NCBI GenBank assembly: GCA_963764725.1
Contig: CAVXTM010000011.1
Location: forward strand, 160,001 to 224,000
Direction: 5' to 3'
DNA length: 64,000 bases
DNA from: an uncultured Gammaproteobacteria bacterium
GTDB taxonomy: Bacteria; Pseudomonadota; Gammaproteobacteria; JACCXJ01
Shown here: positions 21,600-31,806 of the stretch, piece after piece
Position numbering within the stretch: position 1 is the stretch's first letter
How the letters are laid out: every line of letters starts with the position of its first letter
The notes under the pieces: model-generated
The model's database searches: none
Told to the model about the DNA's origin: nothing
Seen by the model: the letters and a program-made list of their open reading frames with translations, nothing else
Position numbers and translations under genes: made by a program

Positions 21600-23790
21600 C
21601 CTGCCAAAAAGCCTCCGATCGCCACGAACAAAGCTCCGATCACCAAGAACGACACGGCGACCACGGCGCTGAATAAGCCCGTTCGTATCAACGTCATCGC
21701 CAACGATACGGATCGCGATGGCCGCATCGTCCCAAGCACGGTCAGCATCGTGACGAAACCTAAGCAGGGTAACGTAACGAACTACCGGAACGGCACGGTG
21801 ACGTACAGCCCGGCTCTGGGTTTCCGGGGTCGCGATAGCTTCCGCTACACTGCCAAGGACAACCGCGGCGCGACGTCGAACGTCGCCACGGTCACGGTGA
21901 CCGCGCTGCCGGGCAACGTGCAGCCGGCAAACGTGCCGCCAGTGGCCAAGAACGATAGCGCCGCGACATCGGTGAATACACCGGTTACAATCAACGTAGT
22001 CGCCAATGACACGGATGCCAACGGTAACCTACACCGGACGAGCGTTGCCGTCGTGGCCAATCCCGCGAACGGTGGGGTCGTCAAAAACGGCATTGGTACC
22101 GTTACCTATACGCCCAATTCGGGATTCTTCGGGACAGAACGCTTTACGTACAACGTCAAGGACACGCCCCAGGGCGCGCTATCGAATACCGCCACGGTGA
22201 CCGTGGGCGTCAACGCGGCGCCCACAGCCGACGCCGGCCCGGATGCGAACGCCGTGACCGGCCAGTCCGTGACGCTGGATGGATCGGCCTCCTCCGATCC
22301 CAACGGCAATATGATCACGTTCTCCTGGCGGTTCTTGAGCACGGCGCCGGGTAGTAACCTGGCGGATACCGATATCGTGAACCCCACGAGCCCCGCCCCG
22401 AGCTTCATGCCGGACGGGGACGGGGCCTATGAGCTCGAGCTTACCGTGACTGATCCAAGAGCGCTGTCGGACACCGATACCGTGCTCATCACGGCCGCGA
22501 CAGCCAACGTCGCGCCCAACGCCGATGCCGGCCTGAACCAGAATGCGGAAGTGCTGACGCTCGTAAACCTCGACGGCTCGGGCAGCAGTGATTCGGACAA
22601 CAGCCCGGCGACTCCATTGACGTTTCAGTGGAGCATTGTGAGCGTGCCGGTTGGGAGTGGGATCGACGAAACTGACCTGCAGCCGGATGCGAACAGCACG
22701 CAGCCGAGCTTCACTCCGGATGTTGATCGGGCTCTACCGCCTGACCCTCACCGTTTCCGACGGCGATCTCAGCGATTCCGACGACGTGGACATCACCGTC
22801 GCGTTACCGAACGTGCCGCCCAACGCCGACGCCGGATCGGACATCGTGGTACAGCTTGGGCCGCCTGCCGAAACCGCCACACTCAACGGCACAGGGAGCA
22901 ACGACCCGGACGCCGGCCCGGTGACTCCATTGACGTTCGAGTGGACCTTTGTCAGCGTGGCACCCGGCAGCTCGCTGACCAACGGCGACATTCAAAACGC
23001 GAACACGGACACGGCCAGCTTCACGCCGGATGCCGCGGGTGTGTACACCCTGCAGTTGCGTGTATTCGACGGTTTGGATGAAGGCTTCAATGCGGTCATG
23101 GTGACGGCCAATGCCGCACCGGTAGCCCTGGCCGATGCCTTCGACGTGGACGAGGATACGCCGCTCACACTGCCCGCACCCGGCGTGCTGGCCAACGACG
23201 CCGACGCGAACAGCGATCCCCTGATCGCGGTGCTGGACAGCGGGCCTACCAGCGCCCAATCCTTCACCCTGAACGCCGACGGCTTGTTCGACTACACGCC
23301 GAACGCCGACTTCACCGGCGACGACAGCTTCACCTACCACGCTAACGACGGCAGCGTCAACTCCAACGTGGCGACCGTGACCATAACGGTCAACCCCGCG
23401 AACGATGCGCCAGTGGCGGTGAACGACCCGTCCTATACCACCGATGAGGACGGTGGCGCTTTGGCGGGCACGAGCGTGCTCGCGAACGACACCGACGCGG
23501 AGAACGACACGCTGATCGCGATCCTCGATACCGGCCCGACCAACGCGAGTGCCTTCAACTTGAACGCGGACGGTACCTTCAGCTACACGCCGAACGCCGA
23601 CTTCTTCGGCACCGATACCTTCACCTACCACGCCAACGACGGCAATTCCGACTCCAACGTCGCGACGGTGACGATCACGGTCAATGAGGTCAACGACGCA
23701 CCGTCCTTCACGGCCGGTGGGAACCAGACGGTAAATGAAGGCGCCGGGCCACAAACGTTAAATCCCTGGGCGACCGCCATCGACGACTCT
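21600..23790 (+). pseudogene. Large Ig-like/cadherin-like/PKD repeat adhesin, truncated at both ends and frameshifted near 22730
   Basis: Repeated PVAxND, VLANDTD, YTPNADF, APTADAG units; no start or signal peptide. Confidence 0.8.
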
Positions 23791-23847
23791 CAACTTCTGT
23801 ATCGCGCTACAGGGGATTTTCCCGTCGCGGAACTAAAGGAGGAACAC

Positions 23848-24351
23848 ATGGCACAACCTTACATCGGAGAGATCCGGATGTTCGCGGGGAACTTCGCCCC
23901 AGCCGGATGGATGTTTTGCGAGGGACAATTATTGCCGATCTCGGAAAACGAGACGCTTTTCCAGTTGATCGGTACAACCTACGGCGGGGATGGCCAATCC
24001 ACTTTCGCTCTTCCCGACCTGCGCGGGCGTATTCCGATCCACCAGGGCGACGGATTCAACCTGGCGGAGACCGGCGGTGCCGAGGAGATCACGCTGACCG
24101 TGCAGCAGATACCGGCACATAGCCATCCGTTGTCGGCGGCGAATTCGGTCGCCAATGATGCGAATCCAGGGAACAACCTGCTTGGGGAGTCCCTGGCGGT
24201 ATCGATGTACCAGTCCGCAGCCGCAACGACCGCGATGGCACCACAGTCGGTGAGCGCTGTGGGCGGCTCTCAGCCGCACACGAATTTCCAGCCATACCTG
24301 TGCATCAACTTCATCATTTCTTTGTTCGGGATTTTCCCGTCGCCAACGTAA
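23848..24351 (+). CDS. Phage tail-collar domain protein (Mdp-like)
   Basis: Own RBS AAGGAGG; GEIRMFAGNFAP, IGTTYGGDG, FALPDLRGR, PHTNFQPYL. Confidence 0.9.
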   Translation: MAQPYIGEIRMFAGNFAPAGWMFCEGQLLPISENETLFQLIGTTYGGDGQSTFALPDLRGRIPIHQGDGFNLAETGGAEEITLTVQQIPAHSHPLSAANSVANDANPGNNLLGESLAVSMYQSAAATTAMAPQSVSAVGGSQPHTNFQPYLCINFIISLFGIFPSPT

Positions 24352-24363
24352 GAGGAGTGAGCC

Positions 24364-24893
24364 ATGGCCGATCCATTCGTCGCTGAAATCAGAATTTTTC
24401 CATTCAATTTTGCTCCCACGGGTTGGGCCTTTTGCAATGGTCAGCTCATGCCGCTTTCGCAAAACACCGCGCTCTTCTCCCTGCTGGGCACGACCTACGG
24501 CGGGGACGGCAAGTCGACGTTCGCGCTACCGGATCTCCAGGGTCGGGCGCCCATGCACCCCGGCGGCCAGGGTCCCGGCCTGAGATCACACGACTTGGGC
24601 GAGACACCGGCGGAAGTGAAACCGTGACCCTGCTGGAGTCCGAAATCCCAGCGCACAGCCACACCCTGATGAGCAACCTGGCACCGGGAAACAGGAGCAC
24701 CCCGGTGGGAAACTCCCTAGCGCGGGTGGCAGGCGCTACGCCGTACCTGCCCCCCGCCGGTGCGCCTCTGGTCTCGATGTCCAACCAAGCGCTCGCTCCC
24801 GCTGGCGGCGACCAGCCCCACAACAACCTGATGCCTTATCTGACCTTCTACTTCTGCATCGCGCTCCAGGGGGTGTTTCCGCCGCGGAGTTAG
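24364..24893 (+). pseudogene. Second tail-collar domain protein, frameshifted near 24605
   Basis: AEIRIFPFNFAP, LGTTYGGDG in one frame; GGSETVTLL...PHNNLMPYL in another. Confidence 0.85.
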
Positions 24894-24961
24894 AGGCCCC
24901 GGCGAGGTCTATCTATAGAATGGTTTAGAATTGAGGACCACGAGCGCGAGCATGATGGTGC

Positions 24962-25339
24962 TCATTTCTTCACGAAAAACACCTCAGGAAAATAAAGCCC
25001 GAACACCTGATCGTAAGTTGCAATGCGCATATCCTCGTAGCTCGCTTGAGCGATTAGGAACCGGTCGAAGGGGTCTCTGTGGTGGTTAGCGAGTCTAAGG
25101 ACGGTCTCCGCATGTTGCGGTGTCACATTGAGCCAGCTAAACCCTTGCGCCGCGATGTCATCAGCCAGATCTGATGACGGTAGTACCAGCTTGCCCAATT
25201 GATGCTTGATCACCAGCTCCCAGATAGAAACTGGGCTGACGTAGGCCCCGTGAGTCTCAATAACTTCAATGGCATGGCGGTCGCGGATCTCGCCCATCAA
25301 CCAATCGTAGAGAATGCAGGTGTCGACCAACAGATGCAT
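24962..25339 (-). CDS. vapC: VapC PIN toxin
   Basis: LLVDTC, VSIWEL, HRDPFDRFLIAQA. Confidence 0.9.
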   Translation of the reverse strand: MHLLVDTCILYDWLMGEIRDRHAIEVIETHGAYVSPVSIWELVIKHQLGKLVLPSSDLADDIAAQGFSWLNVTPQHAETVLRLANHHRDPFDRFLIAQASYEDMRIATYDQVFGLYFPEVFFVKK

Positions 25340-25578
25340 TAGTCAGCGCCGGGCAAAAGGTGCGCCACTTCTGCGTTGGTCGCGGGGGAATCCCAATCGT
25401 CGGCATAAGCCACCTGGTCCCTCCAGGCACCCGGTGACCGCACTTTGGGTGCCACGTATTTCACAATTTTCGCCACGGGCACGCCATTGCGAGCCAGCAC
25501 CACGTCTTCGCCTTGTTCCGCCGCGGCGACCAGGCTCGATAAACGACTCTTGGCTTCCAGCATATTGACTAGCATCAC
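25339..25578 (-). CDS. Phd/YefM antitoxin
   Basis: EAKSRLSSLV, GEDVVLARNGVPVAKI. Confidence 0.88.
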   Translation of the reverse strand: MMLVNMLEAKSRLSSLVAAAEQGEDVVLARNGVPVAKIVKYVAPKVRSPGAWRDQVAYADDWDSPATNAEVAHLLPGAD

Positions 25579-25665
25579 GACCCCGTCTTAGCCAGGCTTA
25601 GCTAAGATGAAAGTGTACGCGTTTATCGCTAGATTTCAAGCAGCAAGCAGCGAGAAGAAAGGACC

Positions 25666-26130
25666 ATGACCCTCGGCTTCCGTCCCATCGGTCCCGACGA
25701 CCAGGCCTTCCTTCCTTGAGGTCTATGCCAGCACCCGCCGGGAGGAGCTGGCACTGGTGGATTGGGACGAAGATAAAAAGTCGCGTTTCCTCAAGACGCA
25801 ATTCTCCGCCCAGCACCAGTACTACCAAGACTACTACACCGAGACCGACTTTCTCATCATTCTCCTGGATGAACGTCCCGTCGGACGCCTCTACCTCGCC
25901 CGCTGGCCGGGTGAGATCCGAATCGTAGACCTCGCCCTCCTGGCCGACCCATCGAAATGCGGGGATCGGCACACGGATATTATGGCGTGCTAGCCGAGGC
26001 GGCGCGCGCCAGCAAGCCGGTCCGTATCCATGTGGAAAAGCTCAACCCCGCCTTACGGTTCTATGAGCGCCTGGGGTTTACGCGGATCGCCGACAAGGGG
26101 GTCTATTGGTTTCTGGAATGGACATCATAG
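25666..26130 (+). pseudogene. GNAT acetyltransferase, frameshifted
   Basis: YASTRREEL, QFSAQHQYY, IRIVDLALL, HVEKLNPALRFYERLGF across frames. Confidence 0.8.
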
Positions 26131-26142
26131 CCACGCAACCTC

Positions 26143-26427
26143 TCAGGTGAAAATCGCCTCGTAGCGTATGCCCTTCCCGTCGACGCCGATGGGTACCAGA
26201 AATAGATCTAACACCCCTAAGCTCCGATGCTCTACCGGGTAGATCTTTTGGATGAGCACGGGCGCCCTCGGTCCGCGGAACACGAGCGAGAACGGCTCCC
26301 GCTGGGCACGGGGGTGTTTATGACCCAGTCCGTTGACCTCCACGAGTTCCATTTCAATGGATCCCGCAATGATGAATCCCTCGTTGAGGCAATTTCCCCA
26401 GAGTTCTTTGGTCAGCGTTTCCAGCAT
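26143..26427 (-). CDS. DUF6916-like protein
   Basis: REPFSLVFRGP, LFLVPIG, YEAIF; typical neighbour of tail-collar clusters. Confidence 0.75.
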   Translation of the reverse strand: MLETLTKELWGNCLNEGFIIAGSIEMELVEVNGLGHKHPRAQREPFSLVFRGPRAPVLIQKIYPVEHRSLGVLDLFLVPIGVDGKGIRYEAIFT

Positions 26428-26493
26428 GCGAATGGCAATCCGATGGACCGGTTTATATTAGACCTAGCGCCGTGAGGTAAGAGTAGCCGCTTT

Positions 26494-27717
26494 TCAAGCG
26501 TATGAAAATGGAGCGGACGATTCCAGTTCTAGAAAAGCATCACGGATGCGATCGCAGGCCCAATTCAACTCGGTCTCGGTAATGATGAGCGGCGGAGCTA
26601 GGCGGATCACGCTCTCATGGGTATCTTTGGTGAGGATGCCGTGAGAGGCGAGCCGCATACAGAGGTCCCGCGCCGAAAAGCGTTCGGTATCGATCTCGAC
26701 GCCGATGAATAAACCCTTGCCGCGCACCGCGCGAATATAGCGGCTTTGCAGGGTGCGTAACCGCCCGAGAAAGTATTCTCCCAGCTCCGCGGCGCGCTCA
26801 GCCAGACGCTCCTCAACCAGCACCTTAAGCGCTTCGAGGCCGACCGCCGCAGCGAGCGGGTTACCCCCGAACGTGCTGCCGTGGCTCCCCGGCGTGAAGA
26901 CCTCCATCACCTCGCGCCGGGCAAGAAACATCGATACCGGCAATAAACCGCCCCCGAGCGCTTTGCCGAGCGTGATCCCATCGGGTTTGACGCCCTCGTG
27001 CTGGCAGGCGAGCACACGACCGGTGCGTCCGAGCCCGGTTTGGATCTCATCGCAGACAAGCAACACCTTGTGGGCGCGGCAAAGCTCCGCGCAATGCTTG
27101 AGATAACCCGCGGGCGGCACGATGATCCCGGCTTCGCCCTGGATCGGTTCGACCAAAAACGCCGCCGTGCGGGGATTGATGGCACGCGCGAGCGCCTCGG
27201 CATCCCCGTAAGGGACGCGCACGAAGCCCACGGGGAAAGGTCCGAAGTGCTGCCTATAATCGCGCTCGGAGGAGAGTCCCACGAGGGTGACGGTACGGCC
27301 GTGAAAATTGCCGTCACAGACGATGATCTCGGCGCGATCTTCGGCCACGCCCTTGACCTCGTAAGCCCAGCGCCGCGCGGCCTTCAGCGCCGTCTCGACC
27401 GCCTCGGCCCCGGTGTTCATGGGCAAGCCCATGGCGAGTCCGGTAAGCTCGCAGGCGCGCCGCACAAAGGGCGCGAGCACCTCGGTGTGAAAGGCCCGTG
27501 ACACGACCGCCAGCCGTGCCGCTTGCTCGCCTAGGACCTTGAGCAAGCGCGGGTGCGCGTGGCCGAAACTGACCGCCGAGTAGGCGCTCATCATGTCGAG
27601 ATAGCGGTTGCCGCGATCATCCCACACATAACATCCCTCCCCGCGCGTCAACACCACCGGCAGCGGCTGGTAGTTGTGCGCACAGTATGCGCGCTCCAGT
27701 TCTATGACCGATGGCAT
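26494..27717 (-). CDS. rocD: Ornithine aminotransferase
   Basis: AHNYQPLPVV, SAYSAVSFGH, PMNTGAEAVE, DEIQTGLGRTG, LGKALGGG. Confidence 0.93.
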   Translation of the reverse strand: MPSVIELERAYCAHNYQPLPVVLTRGEGCYVWDDRGNRYLDMMSAYSAVSFGHAHPRLLKVLGEQAARLAVVSRAFHTEVLAPFVRRACELTGLAMGLPMNTGAEAVETALKAARRWAYEVKGVAEDRAEIIVCDGNFHGRTVTLVGLSSERDYRQHFGPFPVGFVRVPYGDAEALARAINPRTAAFLVEPIQGEAGIIVPPAGYLKHCAELCRAHKVLLVCDEIQTGLGRTGRVLACQHEGVKPDGITLGKALGGGLLPVSMFLARREVMEVFTPGSHGSTFGGNPLAAAVGLEALKVLVEERLAERAAELGEYFLGRLRTLQSRYIRAVRGKGLFIGVEIDTERFSARDLCMRLASHGILTKDTHESVIRLAPPLIITETELNWACDRIRDAFLELESSAPFSYA

Positions 27718-27721
27718 ACGC

Positions 27722-28663
27722 TTACCTCGTCCAACAGGCCGCCAAGAGGTCAATCACCAGGCGGGCGGTCTTGTCCTCGCGGTCATGCGAGGGGTTAAAC
27801 TCGGCGATTTCGGCCAAGACCAGTTGCGGCGCCAGCCGTCGAAGGCTTTCGACTAAATCGAGTCCCCGCAGACCATTAGGCGCCGGGGTCCCGACCCCGG
27901 GCGCGTCCGTGGGGTTAACTGCATCGAGGTCGATGCTAAGCCCGACGGCGGCGGTGCCGCGGGAGGCGATCGCGAAGGCCTTGCCCAGGCTCCGCGTAAG
28001 GCCCCGCGCCCGCACTTCGTCCATCGTGATCACCCGCACCCCAAGGCGGTGCAGCAATTCCGCCTCCTCGGGCTCGTAGCTGCGTACACCCACGAGACAG
28101 ACGTTCTCGGGGCGTAGCTTCGCGCCAGGGTAGAGCAGATCCGTAAGCTCAGGCGGCCCGACGCCTAAGAGGATGGCGAGCGGCATCCCGTGCAGCGCGC
28201 CGCTCGGGCTGGTCGCGGGAGTATGACTGTCCATATGGGCATCGATCCAAACGAGGCCCAGGGGCCCGCGCAACGCGGATGCGATCGCACCCCAGCTTGC
28301 TATCGCGCAGGAATGATCCCCGCCGATAACCGCGACACGCGGACCGCTGAGCAGAGCGTGCCCGAGAGCGGCGGTCAGTTCCTCGCAATACGCTTTGATT
28401 TCTTTGATGCTTTCCGTAGCCCCCGGGAGCGCGGGCCGGCGCACGATGTCCGTCCAGACCGCTTTTAGGCCGTGGTCGCGCAACTGGCCGGTAAGGCCGT
28501 ATTCCCGCAATGCGTCAGGGCCTAAACCACAACCCGGATCGGCGGCACCGATCCCCGACGCCGCGCCAACAACGCGTAGCTCAATGGCGGCGTGCGGGAC
28601 TGCTTGGGTCGAGCCAAGCAAAACCTCGCCATCGCTTCGGTCGTCCAGGAGTTGTAAAGCCAT
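27722..28663 (-). CDS. rocF: Arginase
   Basis: GGDHS, DAHMD, SGALHGMP, SIDLDAVNP, EFNP. Confidence 0.92.
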   Translation of the reverse strand: MALQLLDDRSDGEVLLGSTQAVPHAAIELRVVGAASGIGAADPGCGLGPDALREYGLTGQLRDHGLKAVWTDIVRRPALPGATESIKEIKAYCEELTAALGHALLSGPRVAVIGGDHSCAIASWGAIASALRGPLGLVWIDAHMDSHTPATSPSGALHGMPLAILLGVGPPELTDLLYPGAKLRPENVCLVGVRSYEPEEAELLHRLGVRVITMDEVRARGLTRSLGKAFAIASRGTAAVGLSIDLDAVNPTDAPGVGTPAPNGLRGLDLVESLRRLAPQLVLAEIAEFNPSHDREDKTARLVIDLLAACWTR

Positions 28664-28794
28664 ACGCCGAATCGCAGATGCGAGTGATTACACTCCCCGC
28701 ATTAGACCATTGCCGCCTTGGTTTGGTTTGATGCTTGGCCGGCCCGCGGGCACCTTGGTGCTACAACCGCGTCTAACGGTATAAGCCCTGCTTC

Positions 28795-30327
28795 TTGAGT
28801 ATCGAAATAATGAACTTCTTGAGCGAATTGGGAATTGCAAAGGTCAACCCGGGATCCTGCACGGGGCCGGGCCAGTGGTCCGGCGGGACGGACGCGGGCG
28901 TCTTGACGTCGTACGCACCTGCCACCGGAGAAATCATCGCGAGCGTCTACGAATCCACCGTCACTGACTATGAAGCGGTGCTCGAACGCTCACGGAGCGC
29001 CTTCCATGAGTGGCGCCAAGTCCCGGCGCCGCGCCGCGGCCAGCTCATACGCCGGCTCGGCGATGCGCTGCGCGCGCACCAGGAGGCGTTAAGCGGTCTC
29101 ATCGCCTTGGAGTCCGGCAAGATCAAGGCCGAGGCCGAGGGCGAAGTTCAGGAGATGATCGATATCGCCGATCTCGCCGTGGGGCAATCGCGCATGCTGT
29201 ATGGATGCACTATGCACTCGGAGCGGCCGCGGCACCGCCTCTATGAACAGTGGCATCCGCTCGGCGTCGTCGGCGTGATCACGGCCTTCAATTTCCCCGT
29301 CGCCGTCTGGGCATGGAATGCCTTTATCGCGGCCGTGGCCGGGAACGCGGTCATTTGGAAGCCCTCCCCGCGCACTCCGCTCTCGGCCGTCGCGGTTCAG
29401 CGTCTGTGCAACCGGGTGATGGAAGAGGCGGGAATCACAGGCATCTTTTCGCTCTTTGTGACGCGCGATAATGCACTCGCAGAGCGTCTGGTGCGCGACC
29501 GGCGCGTGCCGCTTATTTCATTCACCGGGTCGACGGCCGTCGGGCGGCGGGTCGGGGAGATCGTCGCCGCGCGCCTTGGGCGGAGCCTCTTGGAGCTTTC
29601 GGGCAATAACGCCGTGATCGTGGACGAAAGCGCCGATCTTGATCTCGCCGTGCGCGCTATTGTGTTCGGAGCGGTAGGGACCGCCGGGCAACGCTGCACC
29701 TCGACGCGCCGGTTGATTGTGCACGAAAGCCTCTACCAGACCATCGTCGAACGCTTGCTCGCAGCCTACCGTCAGATCCGCATCGGTTTGCCGCTCGACC
29801 CCGAGGTAGTGATGGGCCCCCTCATCAGCGGCGAGGCGGTGGCGGCATACTCTCGCGCCCTACGGGAAGCCGAAGAGGCGGGTGGTGAGATCCTGTACGG
29901 CGGTCAGGTCATCAAGGGTCCTGGTTATTACGTGCAACCGACGCTGGTGCGGGCGCAAAACCACTGGCCGGTCGTCCAGCGAGAGACTTTCGCGCCGATT
30001 CTCTATCTTATGACCTTTAACGACTTCGAGGACGCTATCGCGATCAACAACGACGCCCAGCAGGGTTTATCCTCGGCGCTCTTTACCAATGACCTGCGCC
30101 GCGCCGAGCGTTATCTCGCCGCCGCTGGATCGGACTGCGGGATCGCTAATGTCAACGTCGGCACATCCGGCGCGGAGATTGGCGGCGCCTTCGGCGGAGA
30201 AAAAGATACGGGCGGGGGGCGCGAGGCCGGATCCGATGCCTGGAAATGCTATATGCGCCGCCAGACCAATACGATCAATTGGGGGACCGAGCTTCCCCTG
30301 GCCCAAGGGATCCGCTTCGGCACCTAA
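28795..30327 (+). CDS. ALDH family 7 (aminoadipate-semialdehyde/P6C dehydrogenase-like)
   Basis: GEVQEMIDI, AFNFPVAVW, GTAGQRCT, GAEIGGAFGGEK. Confidence 0.88.
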   Translation: MSIEIMNFLSELGIAKVNPGSCTGPGQWSGGTDAGVLTSYAPATGEIIASVYESTVTDYEAVLERSRSAFHEWRQVPAPRRGQLIRRLGDALRAHQEALSGLIALESGKIKAEAEGEVQEMIDIADLAVGQSRMLYGCTMHSERPRHRLYEQWHPLGVVGVITAFNFPVAVWAWNAFIAAVAGNAVIWKPSPRTPLSAVAVQRLCNRVMEEAGITGIFSLFVTRDNALAERLVRDRRVPLISFTGSTAVGRRVGEIVAARLGRSLLELSGNNAVIVDESADLDLAVRAIVFGAVGTAGQRCTSTRRLIVHESLYQTIVERLLAAYRQIRIGLPLDPEVVMGPLISGEAVAAYSRALREAEEAGGEILYGGQVIKGPGYYVQPTLVRAQNHWPVVQRETFAPILYLMTFNDFEDAIAINNDAQQGLSSALFTNDLRRAERYLAAAGSDCGIANVNVGTSGAEIGGAFGGEKDTGGGREAGSDAWKCYMRRQTNTINWGTELPLAQGIRFGT

Positions 30328-30520
30328 AAACCTAATTCGCTGTTCAGAGAACCGGGCCACCTCTCGCCTCGCCAGTTGACTTTTTTACAATCGCTAGCGG
30401 CGGGGTTCCAAACTCGGTTATCTTACGCTGGCGCCTCTCTTCTAAAAATAATGGCAGACTGAGAGTTTGTGAAAAAACCTACTAGGCTCGGGATCATTTT
30501 GAAAACACGACAAGAATATC

Positions 30521-31747
30521 GTGAAAAAACAGCAGTTTGACGTGATCGTTGTGGGTGGAGGTTGCGTGGGCGTCGCCACAGCCTACAGGCTTAACCTCCG
30601 GCACCCCAACCTGAAAGTGGCCATACTCGAAAAAGAAGATAGGCTAGCGGCCCACCAAACCGGCCGCAACTCGGGTGTTATCCACTCTGGCATCTATTAC
30701 AAACCCGGCTCCCATAGAGCAAGACAATGCGTCGAAGGCCGCCGAGAGTTAGTAGCCTTCGCTAAAGAGCATAAGATTGACCACGACATTTGCGGGAAAA
30801 TCATCGTGGCTACACAGGAAAAAGAATTATCTTTCCTGAATAACCTGTTCGAAAACGGGCAAGCTAACGGCGTGGAAAACATCGAGTTGATCGATGCGAA
30901 GCGAATCAGAGAAATCGAGCCTTTCGTCGAGGGCATCGCCGGTATCTGGGTAGGTTGTACGGGCATCATCGATTTCGCGACGTTGACGAATAAGCTCAGC
31001 GACCTGCTGCAACAGCAGTTTAGCGAAAGCAAGATCTTTTTAGGAACAGAAGCGAGAAGCTTTGTTCACCACCACAACTCTACCGAGATTATAACTAACC
31101 GTGGCACGTTCAACGCGGGTAATGTCGTAATCTGCGGGGGGCTCCAAAGCGACCGCATCGCCCACCAAAATGAAGCGAAAAGCAATGTGCGTATCTTGGG
31201 TTTTCGCGGGGATTATTACGACCTTACCGAGAAAGGGGTACACAAGGTACGCAACCTTGTTTACCCAGTGCCCGACCCGAGGTTCCCCTTTCTAGGCGCA
31301 CATTTTACTCGTATGATTCGAGGTGGCGTGGAGTGCGGGCCCAACGCAGTGCTAGCATTTAAACGCGAGGGCTACACAAAAACGGCATTTAATCTTCGGG
31401 ACACGTCCGATACCCTCTTGTTCGGCGGTACATGGAAGTTTGTTAGGAAGCATTGGCGTTTTGGTCTCGATGAATACCGTGGCGCGTTTTCTAAATCATA
31501 TTTCCTAGAGCGCCTTCGCAAGCTTATTCCGGCGATCGAGATCGATGACATCGTGGCGAGCCGTTGCGGCGTGCGCGCGACAGCCCTTGGGCCAGACGGT
31601 GAAATAATCGACGATTTCAATATCGAATTCTACGGAAATACCATTCACGTAATTAACGCACCCTCACCCGCCGCGACGGCGTGCCTGGCTATTGGTCGAG
31701 TTGTTGAAGAAATGGCGACGGAACGGTTCGGTTTGAACGGTCGCTAA
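30521..31747 (+). CDS. lhgO: L-2-hydroxyglutarate oxidase
   Basis: HQTGRNSGVIHSGIYY, YPVPDPRFPFLG, NAPSPAAT. Confidence 0.9.
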   Translation: MKKQQFDVIVVGGGCVGVATAYRLNLRHPNLKVAILEKEDRLAAHQTGRNSGVIHSGIYYKPGSHRARQCVEGRRELVAFAKEHKIDHDICGKIIVATQEKELSFLNNLFENGQANGVENIELIDAKRIREIEPFVEGIAGIWVGCTGIIDFATLTNKLSDLLQQQFSESKIFLGTEARSFVHHHNSTEIITNRGTFNAGNVVICGGLQSDRIAHQNEAKSNVRILGFRGDYYDLTEKGVHKVRNLVYPVPDPRFPFLGAHFTRMIRGGVECGPNAVLAFKREGYTKTAFNLRDTSDTLLFGGTWKFVRKHWRFGLDEYRGAFSKSYFLERLRKLIPAIEIDDIVASRCGVRATALGPDGEIIDDFNIEFYGNTIHVINAPSPAATACLAIGRVVEEMATERFGLNGR

Positions 31748-31806
31748 TATGAAAGTTTTCGTTTGTGAAGCGACGAACGCCTGCTCTAAATTCACGCCTG
31801 TTACTA

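Noticed and set aside
22651-24351. Genuine Ig-repeat/tail-collar fusion protein
   Set aside because: Internal strong RBS and ATG at 23848 and a non-homologous linker point to a deletion junction
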